Below, piece by piece: positions 8,883-20,039 of a stretch of DNA of 64,000 bases (positions within the stretch are counted from its first letter, which is position 1; each line of letters opens with the position of its first letter). The notes under the pieces are model-generated. The model saw only the letters and a program-made list of their open reading frames with translations, made no database searches and had not been told where the DNA came from. Source of the stretch: an uncultured Acidobacteriota bacterium (GTDB taxonomy: Bacteria; Acidobacteriota; UBA6911); the NCBI GenBank assembly GCA_963827655.1, contig CAWHCF010000017.1, positions 1 through 64,000 of the forward strand, read 5' to 3'. The position numbers and the translations under genes are program-made.

Positions 8883-11800
8883 CTACTGAGAGATGCGCTG
8901 GGGGCGAACGGCAGTCAGAAACTGAAGCATCTGGTCACCGACCAGTTCACCGGCCACAATCGGACCCGAAGCAGTGATGCGCATGTAGCCTCGAATCTGA
9001 CCGCCGATGTCAGTTATCAACTGAGGTAACGTCCGCGACACGCGCTCTCCGGCCCCCAGATCCACAGCCGCGGAACCTCTTTTCGTCCCGTTCTGATCAA
9101 TGACATCCAGAGTAACCCGAACGTCATGACTATTCGGATTGTAAAGAGCCACGCCGGTGAAATAGGGTCTCCCTCCCCCATCCGAGCTTCCCTGGACCAC
9201 CTGGGAGAAGACCAAATCAGACGCGCCTTCGGTCTCGAGCGGAAGGGCGGCCAGAAAAGTTTCGCCGAGCGGATCACCAAAAAGCGAGTCGCCGATGACT
9301 CCCGGTCCGTCGGATTTGACCACAATCGATCCTTCGGTAAGTGTTCGCGTCGAGACCGCGTCGGCCAGTCCGAATAGGAGATCGCCCCGCGAACGGATCT
9401 GCCTTCCCGGGGCGAGGGTCAAGGTCAGGGGATTCCTGGTGCCGGCCACAGGCGTGCCGTTATTGGCCACGAGAGTAATCTCTACGGATCGCGTCTGCGT
9501 GCCTGTGTTGATGAGATTCAAGTCCGTGAAGTATTGGAACGTACCCGTCCCTCCTGAAGCAAACTGAGCGGAGTACAGACGCGAGCCGGCTGGACGCGGC
9601 CTGTCCTGGAAGGGCAAAAACAGCCGAGCCTCCTCGAATGGATTGATAGCCTACAACGCCGGCGTCGCTCGTCACCCTGATGTAGCCGCCGGGTCCCGGC
9701 GCGCTCGAGAAAAGACTCGTAAATTCCTCTGCCAGTCGCCCGCGCGGGTTGAGCGTGCGGCGCGCGACAGCGCTGACCATGCCGAATTCATCAAAGAGGG
9801 TGAATTCAAGAGCGGCGATCGAGGCGCCCGGATTGATGACCTCGAGCGTGTTGCGGTAAAAAGAAGCTTCGAGTCCGCTCTGAATGCGTGTGAAATAGAA
9901 CTCCGTATGGGTCCGCCCCCCCACCACCGCGCCATCGAGCAGGCTCGAGTCTACGTCGCCCTCCAGGAATAAACCGGTGACCTGGCTGCTGCTGGACCGC
10001 GCCTGGATCCAGCCATTGCGGACATCGTCAAGCGACAGTCCGTGAATTTGCTCGCCCAGCATATCCAAGTGCTGACCCGGACCCAGCGTGACCACCCGGG
10101 GGTTAACGGCAGAACCTCCAGTCTGGTTTCCGGAATTGTCAAACGCGGTGAGCTGTACATCTGCCGCGATTGAGCCCCAGTTTGCAAGCGCGACGCCGGT
10201 GAAGTGGCTACGGTCGCCTTGAAAGTGAGGAAAGTAAAGCTCGGCCGGCGTTGTTCCCGGCGACGTTTGAAGACTGGTATCCACCCAGCCTCGCCCGCCA
10301 GTCTGCCGGTTGAAGAAAGAAACCCACGCATCGCGTATGGTCTGGACCTTGGCGATCTGTTCGCTGGTGGCAGGAGTCCCTTTCCTGGTCAAAAGAATGA
10401 ATGCCTGCCGGACAACCTTCGGAGACTGCAGGACCGAGGGTGTGCGGTGCCCGTTGGCTGCAATAATGCTATCGATGCTTATTTCTTTTCGCGTGCCGCC
10501 AAAAGCCACTCCCACCTCGGGAGCGCTCGTCGGGGAACGGCTGGTTCCGGTGGGATTCACGACTACGAACATCTCAGGCACCTCGTCTTTACCTGCCAAC
10601 CCCATGATGTACCGATCGAGCTGGCTATAGGTGCTTGTGGCCGCTACGGTGGCAAAGCGTGAGTTGCCTCTGTCGGCTCCGCGGTCTTCAATGTCGGTTC
10701 CTTCCATGACGGAAGCATCGGAGTCAAAGAAGAAGCTCCAGTGCGCCGATTGCCGTCCCAGGATTGCCCTCGAGTTGGCCGCTCCTTCCTGGAAACCGGC
10801 AAAAGCGAGCCACCGATGTCCCGCCTCTTGGCCCAGGATGCCAAGCGTGCTGTTGCTCCCCAGGTATACCTGGTTCGGATCGGCCGGAAACCGGCCGGGA
10901 CCGTCCAGCCCGCCCATCATGACGAAGCTGCGCAGCCGTCCGTTGCTCCCGTAAAAGGAGCTATTGTCGATCTGTCCCAGGCCGATGCCTCCGATTTCAT
11001 TTCTCACGTTGATCTCGTACGCGTATGCGCCGCCGAGGCTGAAATCGAAGGCGAGAAAAACGATGAGGTGATCGAAGGTATCTGGATGGGTTTGAAAGAA
11101 CAGCCGCGCCAGCGCGGTTTCTGATAGGCCTGAGTCGCTCGAAAAGACCTCCACGACCGTGCCTGCCAGGCTGCCGGTAGGGAGATCCGAAGAGAAATTC
11201 AGCGCATTAAGCCCTCCTTGATTGAAACCGGGAGAAATCCCGACCACGGCGCTGCGGCCATCCACTCTCGCGGCGTACACGAATTCAATGTTCCCGTTGA
11301 GGAAGAGCTTCACGCTGAAACTGTTTGAATTGTTGGTCTGCCAGTTGGGAACGTTGCTCCAGATGAAGAGAATTCCGTCGGCCTCATTTCTCACGTTGAC
11401 GCCGCGATTGGTGGGATCGAGATCCGAAAAGAAGGGACCGATGCGCGGCGGACCGCCGGAGAATCGTCCCAGGTCGCGCGGTGAGCTTATCGTGTCCGGA
11501 GAAGTAAAGGTAAGGTTGCCATCCGAATTCACATACGCCGATGAATAACTTGCGCCATAAAAGACGAAGTTGAAACCCGAGGTTGACGGGCCGGGAATCG
11601 TCGTCGCCAAGCTCGATGGGATTTCCACTCGGGGAATCGAAGGCTCGATTGATGGACACGACACGGTACGTGCTCGCGCCCGTAGGTTCAAAACGGAACG
11701 AGCGCGCTTCGAGGTCGAAAAGATTCGTCTGCGAAATAACGGTCCCGTCGTCTTCGACCACCGCAACATCACCCAGGTCGGCCTGAATGCGCCTTGATGC

Positions 11801-11962
11801 GGGTGCGGCGAAAACGCGTCCCCGGTTCCGGCTCTCATAATAAAGTCCCCGGGCCAGGGCGTCGACCTCGCGCTCGGCGCTGGTGCCGCAGACGAATACT
11901 CGGTCGCTTCCCCGTTGGTTGTCGCTCCGTGAAAGTGCAATGCCGGGCAGAAGAAGGAACAC
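8883..11962 (-). CDS. Large secreted protein: NIDO-like domain + metzincin-like QExGH domain + repeated beta-sandwich modules (frameshifts near 11575 and 9600)
   Basis: ORFs 11384..11962, 9460..11940 and 8883..9617 join into a protein colinear with 12188..15362; start uncertain. Confidence 0.8.
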
Positions 11963-11974
11963 CAGGACCGAATT

Positions 11975-12206
11975 TACGATTGACGATTTACGATTGACGA
12001 TTGATTGACGATTGACGATTGACGATTGACGATTGACGATTGAAGACAGATTTTCAATCGCAATTCGAACGCCGTCTTCATTGACGATTTACGATTGAAC
12101 GATTGTCGATAAAGACGCGCGTTCGAATTGATGATTGACGATTGAAAACATCTTCCACGTTAACCACCAGCCTCCAATCGTCAATCGTCAATCGTAAATC
12201 GTCAAT
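11975..12206. repeat. (GATTGAC)n heptamer array with nested inverted repeats
   Basis: About 9 units at 11975-12043, inverse AATCGTC units at 12176-12206, and an internal CAATTCGAAC...GTTCGAATTG palindrome. Confidence 0.9.
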
Positions 12207-15200
12207 CTAAGTATCGGCTGCGGCGGCACGGCGGCGAGGAACTCCAGCGCCTGATCCCCGAAAAGTTCAAAGGCGATGACCGATCCTCCGGTAACCGCGA
12301 TTCGAATGTAACCGCGGAGCTGCTCGGAAATCGCCGGTATGAATTGAGGCAGCGTTCTCGAGGTTCGGTTGCCTCTCGCCAGCGGGAAAGTCACGGTCCC
12401 GGTCTTGACCCCTGCTTCCGAGAAAACATCCAGCGTCACCATCACGTCGTTTTCGTTCGGATTGAACAGGGCGACGCCGGTGAAGTAAGGTTTCGGACCG
12501 CCGCCGCTTCCCTGGGCAACTTGCGAGAGGACCAGGTTTGAGGCCGGCGTGCCGTCGAGGGGAAGGGAGGCGACGAACCTCTCGTTGAGAGGATCGCCGA
12601 ACGTCACATCTCCGATGACGCCCGGACCGTCGGCCGTGACCACGAGAGACCCCTCGGTCAAAACCGTAGCCAGCGACGCATCGGCGAGACTGAAGATCGA
12701 TTCTCCCCGGGCTCGGATCTGGGCCCCGGGAGCAAGTTGCCGTGATACGACCGGCGTGACCGGTGTGCCGTTGTTGCCGATGAGCTGGAGCTGAATCGTT
12801 CTCGGCTGAGCGCTGGTGTTGATGAAGTTGAGGTCGGTGAAAAATCGGATATCCCCGGTTCCACCCGAGGCAAACTGGGCGGAATAGAGCTTTGTGGCAA
12901 CAGAAGGAGGTTGGGCCGGCAGGGCGAAGACCGTAACGCCGCCATCGATAGACTGGTAGCCGATGACTCCGACGTTGCTTGTGAGTTTGACGTATCCGGT
13001 CAAGCGCGGCTGCGCGATGCCGGGAAAGAGAGTGCTAAGGTCCTCCGCTATTCGACCGCGAGGAGCGAGAGTACGCGCCACCATGGCCTGCACGGCTCCG
13101 TTACTGTCCGTGAGCCTGAATTCCAAGGTAGCGCTGGTCGCATTGGGATTGACGACGTCGATGAGATTCTTGTAGGTATTGCCCAGAAAAATCCCACTAC
13201 CCAGCTGGGCGCGCGTGAAATAAAGTTCCGTGTAGGTCTGGTTCCCGGCAACCGCGCCATCCAGCAAGTTCTGATCCGAATCGCCGTCCAGGAAGAACCC
13301 GGTTACCTGACTGCTGGTGGACTGCGCTTGAATCCAGCCGTTTCGCGGATCACTGAATGAGAGTCCGAGAACCTGCTCGGCCAGCATGGCGACCTGTTTG
13401 CCGGGGCCGATCGTCACCATTCTGGGGTTAATGATGCTTCCGGGTGTTGTCGTCTGATTCCCGCCGTTGTCGAAGGCGGTGAATAAGACATCCGCCGGCG
13501 TCGAGCCCCAGTTTGCCAGCGCAAGTCCCGTGAAGCGCTTGGCGTCACCCTGGAAATAAGGGAGGTTTATGCTGGCGGGCGTGGTGCCCGGACCTCTCTG
13601 AAGATCGGTCACAATCCAGCCCCGCTCTCCGCTCTGCTCGTTGAAGAACTTTACCCAGGCATTTCGGATGTTCTGAACTTTGGCAATCTGGTCCGGAGCC
13701 GGCTGCTGGCCCCGCTTGGTGAGAAGAATAAAGGCCTGGCGAAATACTTTGGGAGACTGCAGCACTGAAGGCTCGCGCGCGCCGTTTGCGGCGATGATGC
13801 TGTCGATGGTGACCTCTTTCCGGGTGCCGCCAAACGTCACGCCGATCTGCGGCGCGGAACCGGGCTGACGCGTGGTGCCGATCACGTTTTCGACCACGAA
13901 CATGTTGGGAACATCTTCCTTTCCCACCAGCCCTATCGCATATTGGTCCAGACGGCTCAAGGTATCGGTCCCTCGGACTGTGACAAAACGCGTGTTGCCC
14001 GACTCGGCCCCGCGATCCTGGATATCATTTCCTTCCATGACGGAACCATCCGAGTCGAAGAAGAAACTCCAATGAGCCGCGTCCCGGCCCAGAATGGTTC
14101 TGGAATTGATCTCGCCATCGCGGAAGCGAGTGAAGGCCAACCACCGATGACCCGATTCCTGGCCCAGAATGCCCAGCGTGCTGTTGGTTCCGAGGTAGAC
14201 TTGATTCGGGTCGCTCGGATAACGTTGCGGGCCCGTCAGGCTTCCCATCATTACGAAACTCCGCAACCGCCCGCCGCTTCCGAAGAAAGAAGTGTTATCA
14301 CCTCGCCCGAGACCGATCCCTGAGACTTCGTTCTTGATATTGAGCTCGTAAGCGTAGGCGTCGCCCAGATTGAAATCAAAGTCGAGGAAGATGATCAGAT
14401 GGTCGAAGTCATCCGGGTGGCTCTGGTAGAACTTCTTGGCCACAAGCGTCTCGGAAATAATCGACTCACTCGAGAAGACCTCGACAATGGCGCCGCTCAG
14501 CGCGCCGGTGGGGAGATCGGAAGAAAAATTCACCGGAGCAATCCCGGTCTGGTTTGAACCCGGAGTGATGCCTGTGATGGCCTCTATGCCATCCACCCTC
14601 GGCCCGTAAACGAATTCGATAATTCCATTCGTGAACAATTTGATACTGAAGCTGTTGGCATTGGTGGTGTCGAATTGCGGGACGTTTTCCCATATGAACA
14701 CGATGCCGTCGGAATCACGACGGAAGCTGATTGATCCGGTCGAGGGATCGAGGTCATTGAAAAAAGCACCGATCCGCGGAGGTCCGTAAGCAAAGCGGGC
14801 TAAATCTCGGTCGGTGCTTTCGGGGTCGGGCGTATTGAACGTCAGGTTCCCGTCAGAGTTCACGTTCACCGATGTGTAACTTGCGCCGTAGAAGGTGAAC
14901 GAGAATTCGAGGGAGATGGGACGCGAGTCATCATCGCTCAGGGGGATCCGGGTTCCTCCCGAAGCGTTGAAACCCGTGCTGGTGCTTGAAACACGATAAC
15001 TGTTTGCGCCGGCCGGTTCGAAGCGTGAAAGACTTTCCATCAAGATCGAACGGGTTCGTGTCGGTTATGAGCGTGCCGTCATCTTCAATGACAGCGACGT
15101 CACCAATATCCGCCTGGATCCTGGATTCGCCCGCTGCCGCCAGCAGGCGGTCACGGCCCGGCCTTTTGAAGTTCAGTTGTTCGTAGTAGAGCCCTCGCGC

Positions 15201-15362
15201 CAACGCATTGAGCTCTCGCTGGGGACTTGTTCCGCAAACAAAGCGATGTTCCGAAACAGCCTGGGTTTTGATCGCCAGGTTGTTCTTGGAAATCCCAAGA
15301 GCCGGGATGACGGTGAAGGTCAGGATGCAAGCTATGCGTAGTCGTACTTTTGAAAGACTCAT
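12188..15362 (-). CDS. Large secreted protein: NIDO-like + metzincin-like QExGH + repeated beta-sandwich modules (frameshift near 15040)
   Basis: Signal peptide MSLSKVRLRIACILTF; FSFTFYGASYTSVNVNSDGNLTF and IGAFFNDLDP (NIDO-like); GQESGHRW...HWSFF...SVMEG. Confidence 0.85.
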
Positions 15363-15639
15363 GTCGTTAAGACTTGGAAAGCTCCTTTTGATTAGTTGGC
15401 TGTACTTCGCGTTTCTTGGTGTCATCGAGTCTCCGTGGTTAATGGGGCGGAACAAAACCCAAACCTCTAAGACTCGAAGAAACGCCGAGATACCAAGACG
15501 CGCAGAAACTCTATAGAGTACCGGGAACCATTTCAAGGTTCATCAAAGGCGCCGCTTTCGGGCACAAACCCGGTAGCCCGATTCGAGTAGAGCGCCCGGT
15601 GGAGCGTGCTCGACACGCCTCCGAACCTAATGATATATC

Positions 15640-15668
15640 TTGGCTTGTGGTCTTTAGGATGCTATACT
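15640..15668 (+). promoter_or_regulatory. sigma70-type promoter for the OmpA-PKD gene
   Basis: TTGGCT-17 bp-TATACT with extended -10 TG. Confidence 0.5.
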
Positions 15669-15780
15669 CGCGTCAGTTTTTTGGGGGTTTCGGTCAGGAA
15701 CCTCGTTGGTTGAAATCGGTTGGGGTGCCGGAGCATCCATAGCATGTCGCTAGCTGCATTCACGGAGGTTATGGATCATT

Positions 15781-17895
15781 ATGGCGCAAGCCGCACGTTC
15801 GCTCGCTGTGATCCTTGCTGCTCTCCCGCTCACGATCCCTGGGCTCGCCCAGCAAGATCAGAAAAAGAAATCGACAGCTCCATCGTTGGACGGCACGTCC
15901 GGGCTGTTTCGAACCTGGGACGCGGAGACGCTCCGCGCGGGGGAGTTCAACTTTACTATCGGCTGGAGCCACCTGAACCGTGATCCGGGCGAACTTATCA
16001 TCAAAACTCTCCCGGTAGGTGTGGCGTTCGGATTGGCCGACCGCTTCGAGGTCTTCGGGTCGGTCGATGCCACAAAGCGCATCGAAGGGCGAGGCATTGG
16101 AATCTACCGCGTGCTCCCAGGCCAGCTTCCAAGGCCGGCTACCACGCTTCAAGGAGCGACCTACTTCACAAACGAGGCTCCCTTCATCGATGTTCCGCGC
16201 GCGACGGGCCTCGGAGACGCCCGTCTCGGTGCCAAGGTCAACTTTCTCTCGGAACGGAGCGGAGCTCTGTTGTCGATGGGGTTGGCGGCTTTTGTCAAGC
16301 TCCCCACCAACGATGCCATCGGTTATCTCAACCGCGGTCTGGGAACCGGCGAAATGGATGCCGGGTTTCTATATTTGCTTTCAAAAACCGCCTTCAATGT
16401 CGGCCAGTTTCATCTGAATACCGGAGTCAACTTCGTGCGCAACCCCAACCCGAATGGGGGATCGCTGGCTGATCTGCAGCACGAGTTCCTTTACCGGGGA
16501 GGCGCGGCTTTTCCAGCCTACAGCAAGCTCCAGCTCATCGTGGAGGTCGATGGCAAGACATACTTTGGCGCTCGAAGCGCAGGGCTGAATCCCAGAAGCC
16601 CTGTGGACTTGCTCGCGGGCGCAAGGGTGCATCCCGCTGACTGGATTTCATTCGGCGCGGCGTACCGCGCCTCTTTTAACCGCATCAGGGAGGATCCTCC
16701 GGCCCAGCTCTTCCCCGCCGGAATCAACGGCTTCGTGGCCCAGCTGGCCTTCATGAAACGCAGGAACGATCCGCCCACGGCCACATGCTCGGTTACCAAT
16801 GCCACTATCAAGCAGGATGAAACGACGACGGTGCGTGCCGGCGCCGTCGATCCGGATGGCGATACCTTGACCTATACCTGGACGACGACCGGAGGCAAGG
16901 TAACGGGCACCGGCGACACCGTCACCTTCGACGCTACCGGTGTGGCTCCGGGCAAATATACGGTTACGGCGACGGTTTCTGACGGGAAGCACCAGGTTAC
17001 CTGCAGTTCCGAAATCACGGTTGTGAAGAAGAATCTCCCGCCCACGGTGGAGTGCTCGCCCGCGAATACCACGATCACGATGGGTGAGAGCGCCACCATC
17101 ACGGCCAAGGCTACCGATCCGAACAACGATTCTTTGACCTACAGGTGGACGGTCAACGGCCAGCCACTGGCGGCGGATACGCCTACAGTCACGTTTGGAT
17201 CGGAAGGACGGCAGCCTGGCACCTATAAAGTGGAATTGACGGTAAGTGATGGCGAACTGACTGCGAACTGTTCGGTCACGGTCACGGTTCGGGAGCGGCC
17301 TAACCGCCCGCCGACAATCGAGTGCCTGACCACGAGCCTCGACATCGCCGCCGGCAGGACTGCCGACCTTAGAGTGCGAATGTCGGATCCCGACAATGAC
17401 AAGACCACCGTGACCTGGTCGGCCACCGGAGGCACCGTCAGTGGAGCCGGCGAGACAGCGACCTTCAACTCGACCGGGCTGAGGGCCGGAACCTACACGG
17501 TAACGGCAACGGTCGACGATGGCCGCGGCGGACGCGCTTCGTGCAACATGACCGTCAATGTCAGCGAGCGCATGACGCTGCCAGGCAGCTTCCGTCCCGG
17601 CAGCGCGCGTCTGGATAACGTGGCCAAGGCTGCTCTGGACGACATCGCCGTGCGCATGCAGAACAATACCCGGATGCGGGCTAACATCATCGGGTACACG
17701 GATGACAGCCGGCAGGATAAGGGCCTGGGAATCAAGCGCGCTCAGGCGGCGGCCGATTACCTCCGCAAGAAGGGAATCGACGCCTCGCGGCTGACCACGA
17801 CGGATGGCAGCACATCCAATCCTGTTGCCGACAATAAGACGGTGGCAGGACGCAGATCCAATCGCCGTATCGAAATAGAATTCACAGTCAAATGA
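15781..17895 (+). CDS. OmpA family protein: N-terminal barrel-like domain, three PKD/Ig-like repeats, C-terminal peptidoglycan-binding domain
   Basis: DPDGDTLTYTW-type repeats x3; IIGYTDD...RAQAAADYL...NRRIEI. Confidence 0.9.
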   Translation: MAQAARSLAVILAALPLTIPGLAQQDQKKKSTAPSLDGTSGLFRTWDAETLRAGEFNFTIGWSHLNRDPGELIIKTLPVGVAFGLADRFEVFGSVDATKRIEGRGIGIYRVLPGQLPRPATTLQGATYFTNEAPFIDVPRATGLGDARLGAKVNFLSERSGALLSMGLAAFVKLPTNDAIGYLNRGLGTGEMDAGFLYLLSKTAFNVGQFHLNTGVNFVRNPNPNGGSLADLQHEFLYRGGAAFPAYSKLQLIVEVDGKTYFGARSAGLNPRSPVDLLAGARVHPADWISFGAAYRASFNRIREDPPAQLFPAGINGFVAQLAFMKRRNDPPTATCSVTNATIKQDETTTVRAGAVDPDGDTLTYTWTTTGGKVTGTGDTVTFDATGVAPGKYTVTATVSDGKHQVTCSSEITVVKKNLPPTVECSPANTTITMGESATITAKATDPNNDSLTYRWTVNGQPLAADTPTVTFGSEGRQPGTYKVELTVSDGELTANCSVTVTVRERPNRPPTIECLTTSLDIAAGRTADLRVRMSDPDNDKTTVTWSATGGTVSGAGETATFNSTGLRAGTYTVTATVDDGRGGRASCNMTVNVSERMTLPGSFRPGSARLDNVAKAALDDIAVRMQNNTRMRANIIGYTDDSRQDKGLGIKRAQAAADYLRKKGIDASRLTTTDGSTSNPVADNKTVAGRRSNRRIEIEFTVK

Positions 17896-17983
17896 TTCTG
17901 ACGTCTTCGCGTCCTGGTTGTGTGTTCGAATTCGCGCCGGGACGCGAGGATGCAAAGAAAAGAGGTTTAGCATCCCGCGCCCC

Positions 17984-19945
17984 TTGAAACACACTTCCTT
18001 TGCACTTGTCTTGCTGCTTCACGCTTTCAGCTTCCGACTGGGGATGCCCGGCCAGTTGAGCGGCGCTACTGCTGTGGCTCAATTCGAGCGGCTGGGTCCC
18101 TTTGGAGGCGATGTCCGTTCACTCCTGATTAACCCTCATAATCCGGCCATGGTTTATTTGGGAACGAGCGACGGCCAGATCTACAAATCAGCGGACGGCG
18201 GCGCTTCGTGGAATCTCCTGGTTCCCGGAATCGGCCAGCGCAAGTTCGTGATAGACACGCTGGTCCAGCATCCGGTCGAGCCCGACGTTCTGTATGCGGG
18301 CGCCTGGGACCTGCGCTCGAATGGCGGCGGGCTATTTGAATCGCGCGACGCAGGGTTGACCTGGACCAGATTAGCCCTGCCCCAGCAGTCGTCTTCCGTG
18401 CGCGATCTTGCCATCTGCCGGAACAAGCCGTCGTACATGGTCGTGGGAACACTCGACGGCGTCTACGTGAGCGATGATGCCGGAAAGAAGTGGCGGCGCG
18501 TCGGAAGGGATGTTCCGGGACTCCGGAATGTGAAGTCGATTGCGATTCATCCACGTGACCCCAGACTCCTGTTCGGTGGAACATTCCGCTTGCCTTATAG
18601 ATCCACCGACTTCGGCAAGACCTGGACACGCATTGAGCAGGGCATGTACTTCGATTCGGATGTCTTCTCGATCACCGTGGATGTTCAGAATCCCGAGGTT
18701 TTGTTTGCCGGCGCTTGCAGCGGGATCTATCGCTCGGTTAACCGCGGAGAATCGTGGACGAGGTTAAGGGTGGTTCCCAAGCGTTTCACGGTCCGAACCC
18801 ACGTGGTTTACATCGATCCGTTCAATTCTCATTGGGTTTATGCCGGGACGACCGAAGGACTGTTCTTGACCCGCGACCGCGGCAAGACCTGGAAGCGTCT
18901 TACGTCGCAGGCACTCACGGTCAACGCCATACAGGTGGATCCCAAGAACAATCGAAAAATTACGATTGCCACCGACGACCAGGGAGTCTTGAGAAGCGAC
19001 GATGGCGGCGAAACATGGAAAGAGTCTAACCTGGGTTTTGTCCATCGCCAGATATCGCGCATTATGCCCGACCCGGAAACATCAGGGCAATTCCTGACCG
19101 GGGTCGTGTCGGATGGGAGCAAGGGTGGATTCTTTGCTCTCAACAAGCATGGTCAATGGTTGCCGCTAACCTCGCAGATCGCGACCGGTGGACTGGAGAT
19201 ACTGTCGTTCCTTTCACTTCCCGGAGAGCGCGGCAGACTCGCGGGCACTGCCCGGGGTCTTCACTGGGAGAAACCCGGGTCAAAGCTCTGGGCCAAAATT
19301 CCAGGGGATATCGCGAGAGCCGTGGTCAATGACCTCGTCCTCGATCCCAACAACGAGTGGATTTATGCTGGAACCAACGAAGGCGTGTTTCGAGCTGATA
19401 TCGAAACCGTGGAATTTCAGAGACCGCCTGCATTGCGTTTTAAACCAAACGTATTGACGCTGGCGGTCGTTCCAGGGACGCCCCCATGGATTTACGCCGG
19501 GACAAGCTTCGGCGTGATGCGTTCGTCGGATCAGGGGATCAAATGGGAAATTGTGTCCAACGGTCTCCCCTACCGGAGTGGCGTCGAGTGCCTGGCGGTC
19601 TCTCCGGCTAACCGTCAGCATATTTTTGCGGGCACCGTGGCGGGACTCTTTGAAACTCTCGACGAGGGAGTCTCATGGCGCAAGGTCCGCGACGGCCGCC
19701 TGGGGGTCGAAGTGACGTCGGTAATCTTTCTCGACAACGCGGGCAAGCGGATTATGGCCGCAGACAGGACTTTCGGCGGAGTGTTCCTGTCTGAAGATGG
19801 CGGCGCGCGCTGGGAAAAGGTTGCTGCCGCGGAATTCGCGTCCCCTGTCCGCTCCCTCGCTCGCGACCCGGCGCGCCCGCAGGATTTCTATCTCGGTACT
19901 CAGTCTGAAGGTGTTTACCGCCTGAGACTCCAGAGCTCCCCATAA
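17984..19945 (+). CDS. BNR/Asp-box repeat beta-propeller protein (YCF48/VPS10-like)
   Basis: GPFGGDVRSL and many S-x-D-x-G-x-T/S-W repeats; start uncertain. Confidence 0.85.
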   Translation: MKHTSFALVLLLHAFSFRLGMPGQLSGATAVAQFERLGPFGGDVRSLLINPHNPAMVYLGTSDGQIYKSADGGASWNLLVPGIGQRKFVIDTLVQHPVEPDVLYAGAWDLRSNGGGLFESRDAGLTWTRLALPQQSSSVRDLAICRNKPSYMVVGTLDGVYVSDDAGKKWRRVGRDVPGLRNVKSIAIHPRDPRLLFGGTFRLPYRSTDFGKTWTRIEQGMYFDSDVFSITVDVQNPEVLFAGACSGIYRSVNRGESWTRLRVVPKRFTVRTHVVYIDPFNSHWVYAGTTEGLFLTRDRGKTWKRLTSQALTVNAIQVDPKNNRKITIATDDQGVLRSDDGGETWKESNLGFVHRQISRIMPDPETSGQFLTGVVSDGSKGGFFALNKHGQWLPLTSQIATGGLEILSFLSLPGERGRLAGTARGLHWEKPGSKLWAKIPGDIARAVVNDLVLDPNNEWIYAGTNEGVFRADIETVEFQRPPALRFKPNVLTLAVVPGTPPWIYAGTSFGVMRSSDQGIKWEIVSNGLPYRSGVECLAVSPANRQHIFAGTVAGLFETLDEGVSWRKVRDGRLGVEVTSVIFLDNAGKRIMAADRTFGGVFLSEDGGARWEKVAAAEFASPVRSLARDPARPQDFYLGTQSEGVYRLRLQSSP

Positions 19946-20039
19946 CCTCGAGACCGGTCCCGCCCTTTTAATTTCCCGGCGCCTTTTTGTCTTCACCACA
20001 ACGACGCGAAGTCGCGAGGATCAGGGTATAATCTCCGAC

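Noticed and set aside
11975-12206. Possible CRISPR array
   Set aside because: 7-bp tandem units without unique spacers, and no cas genes.
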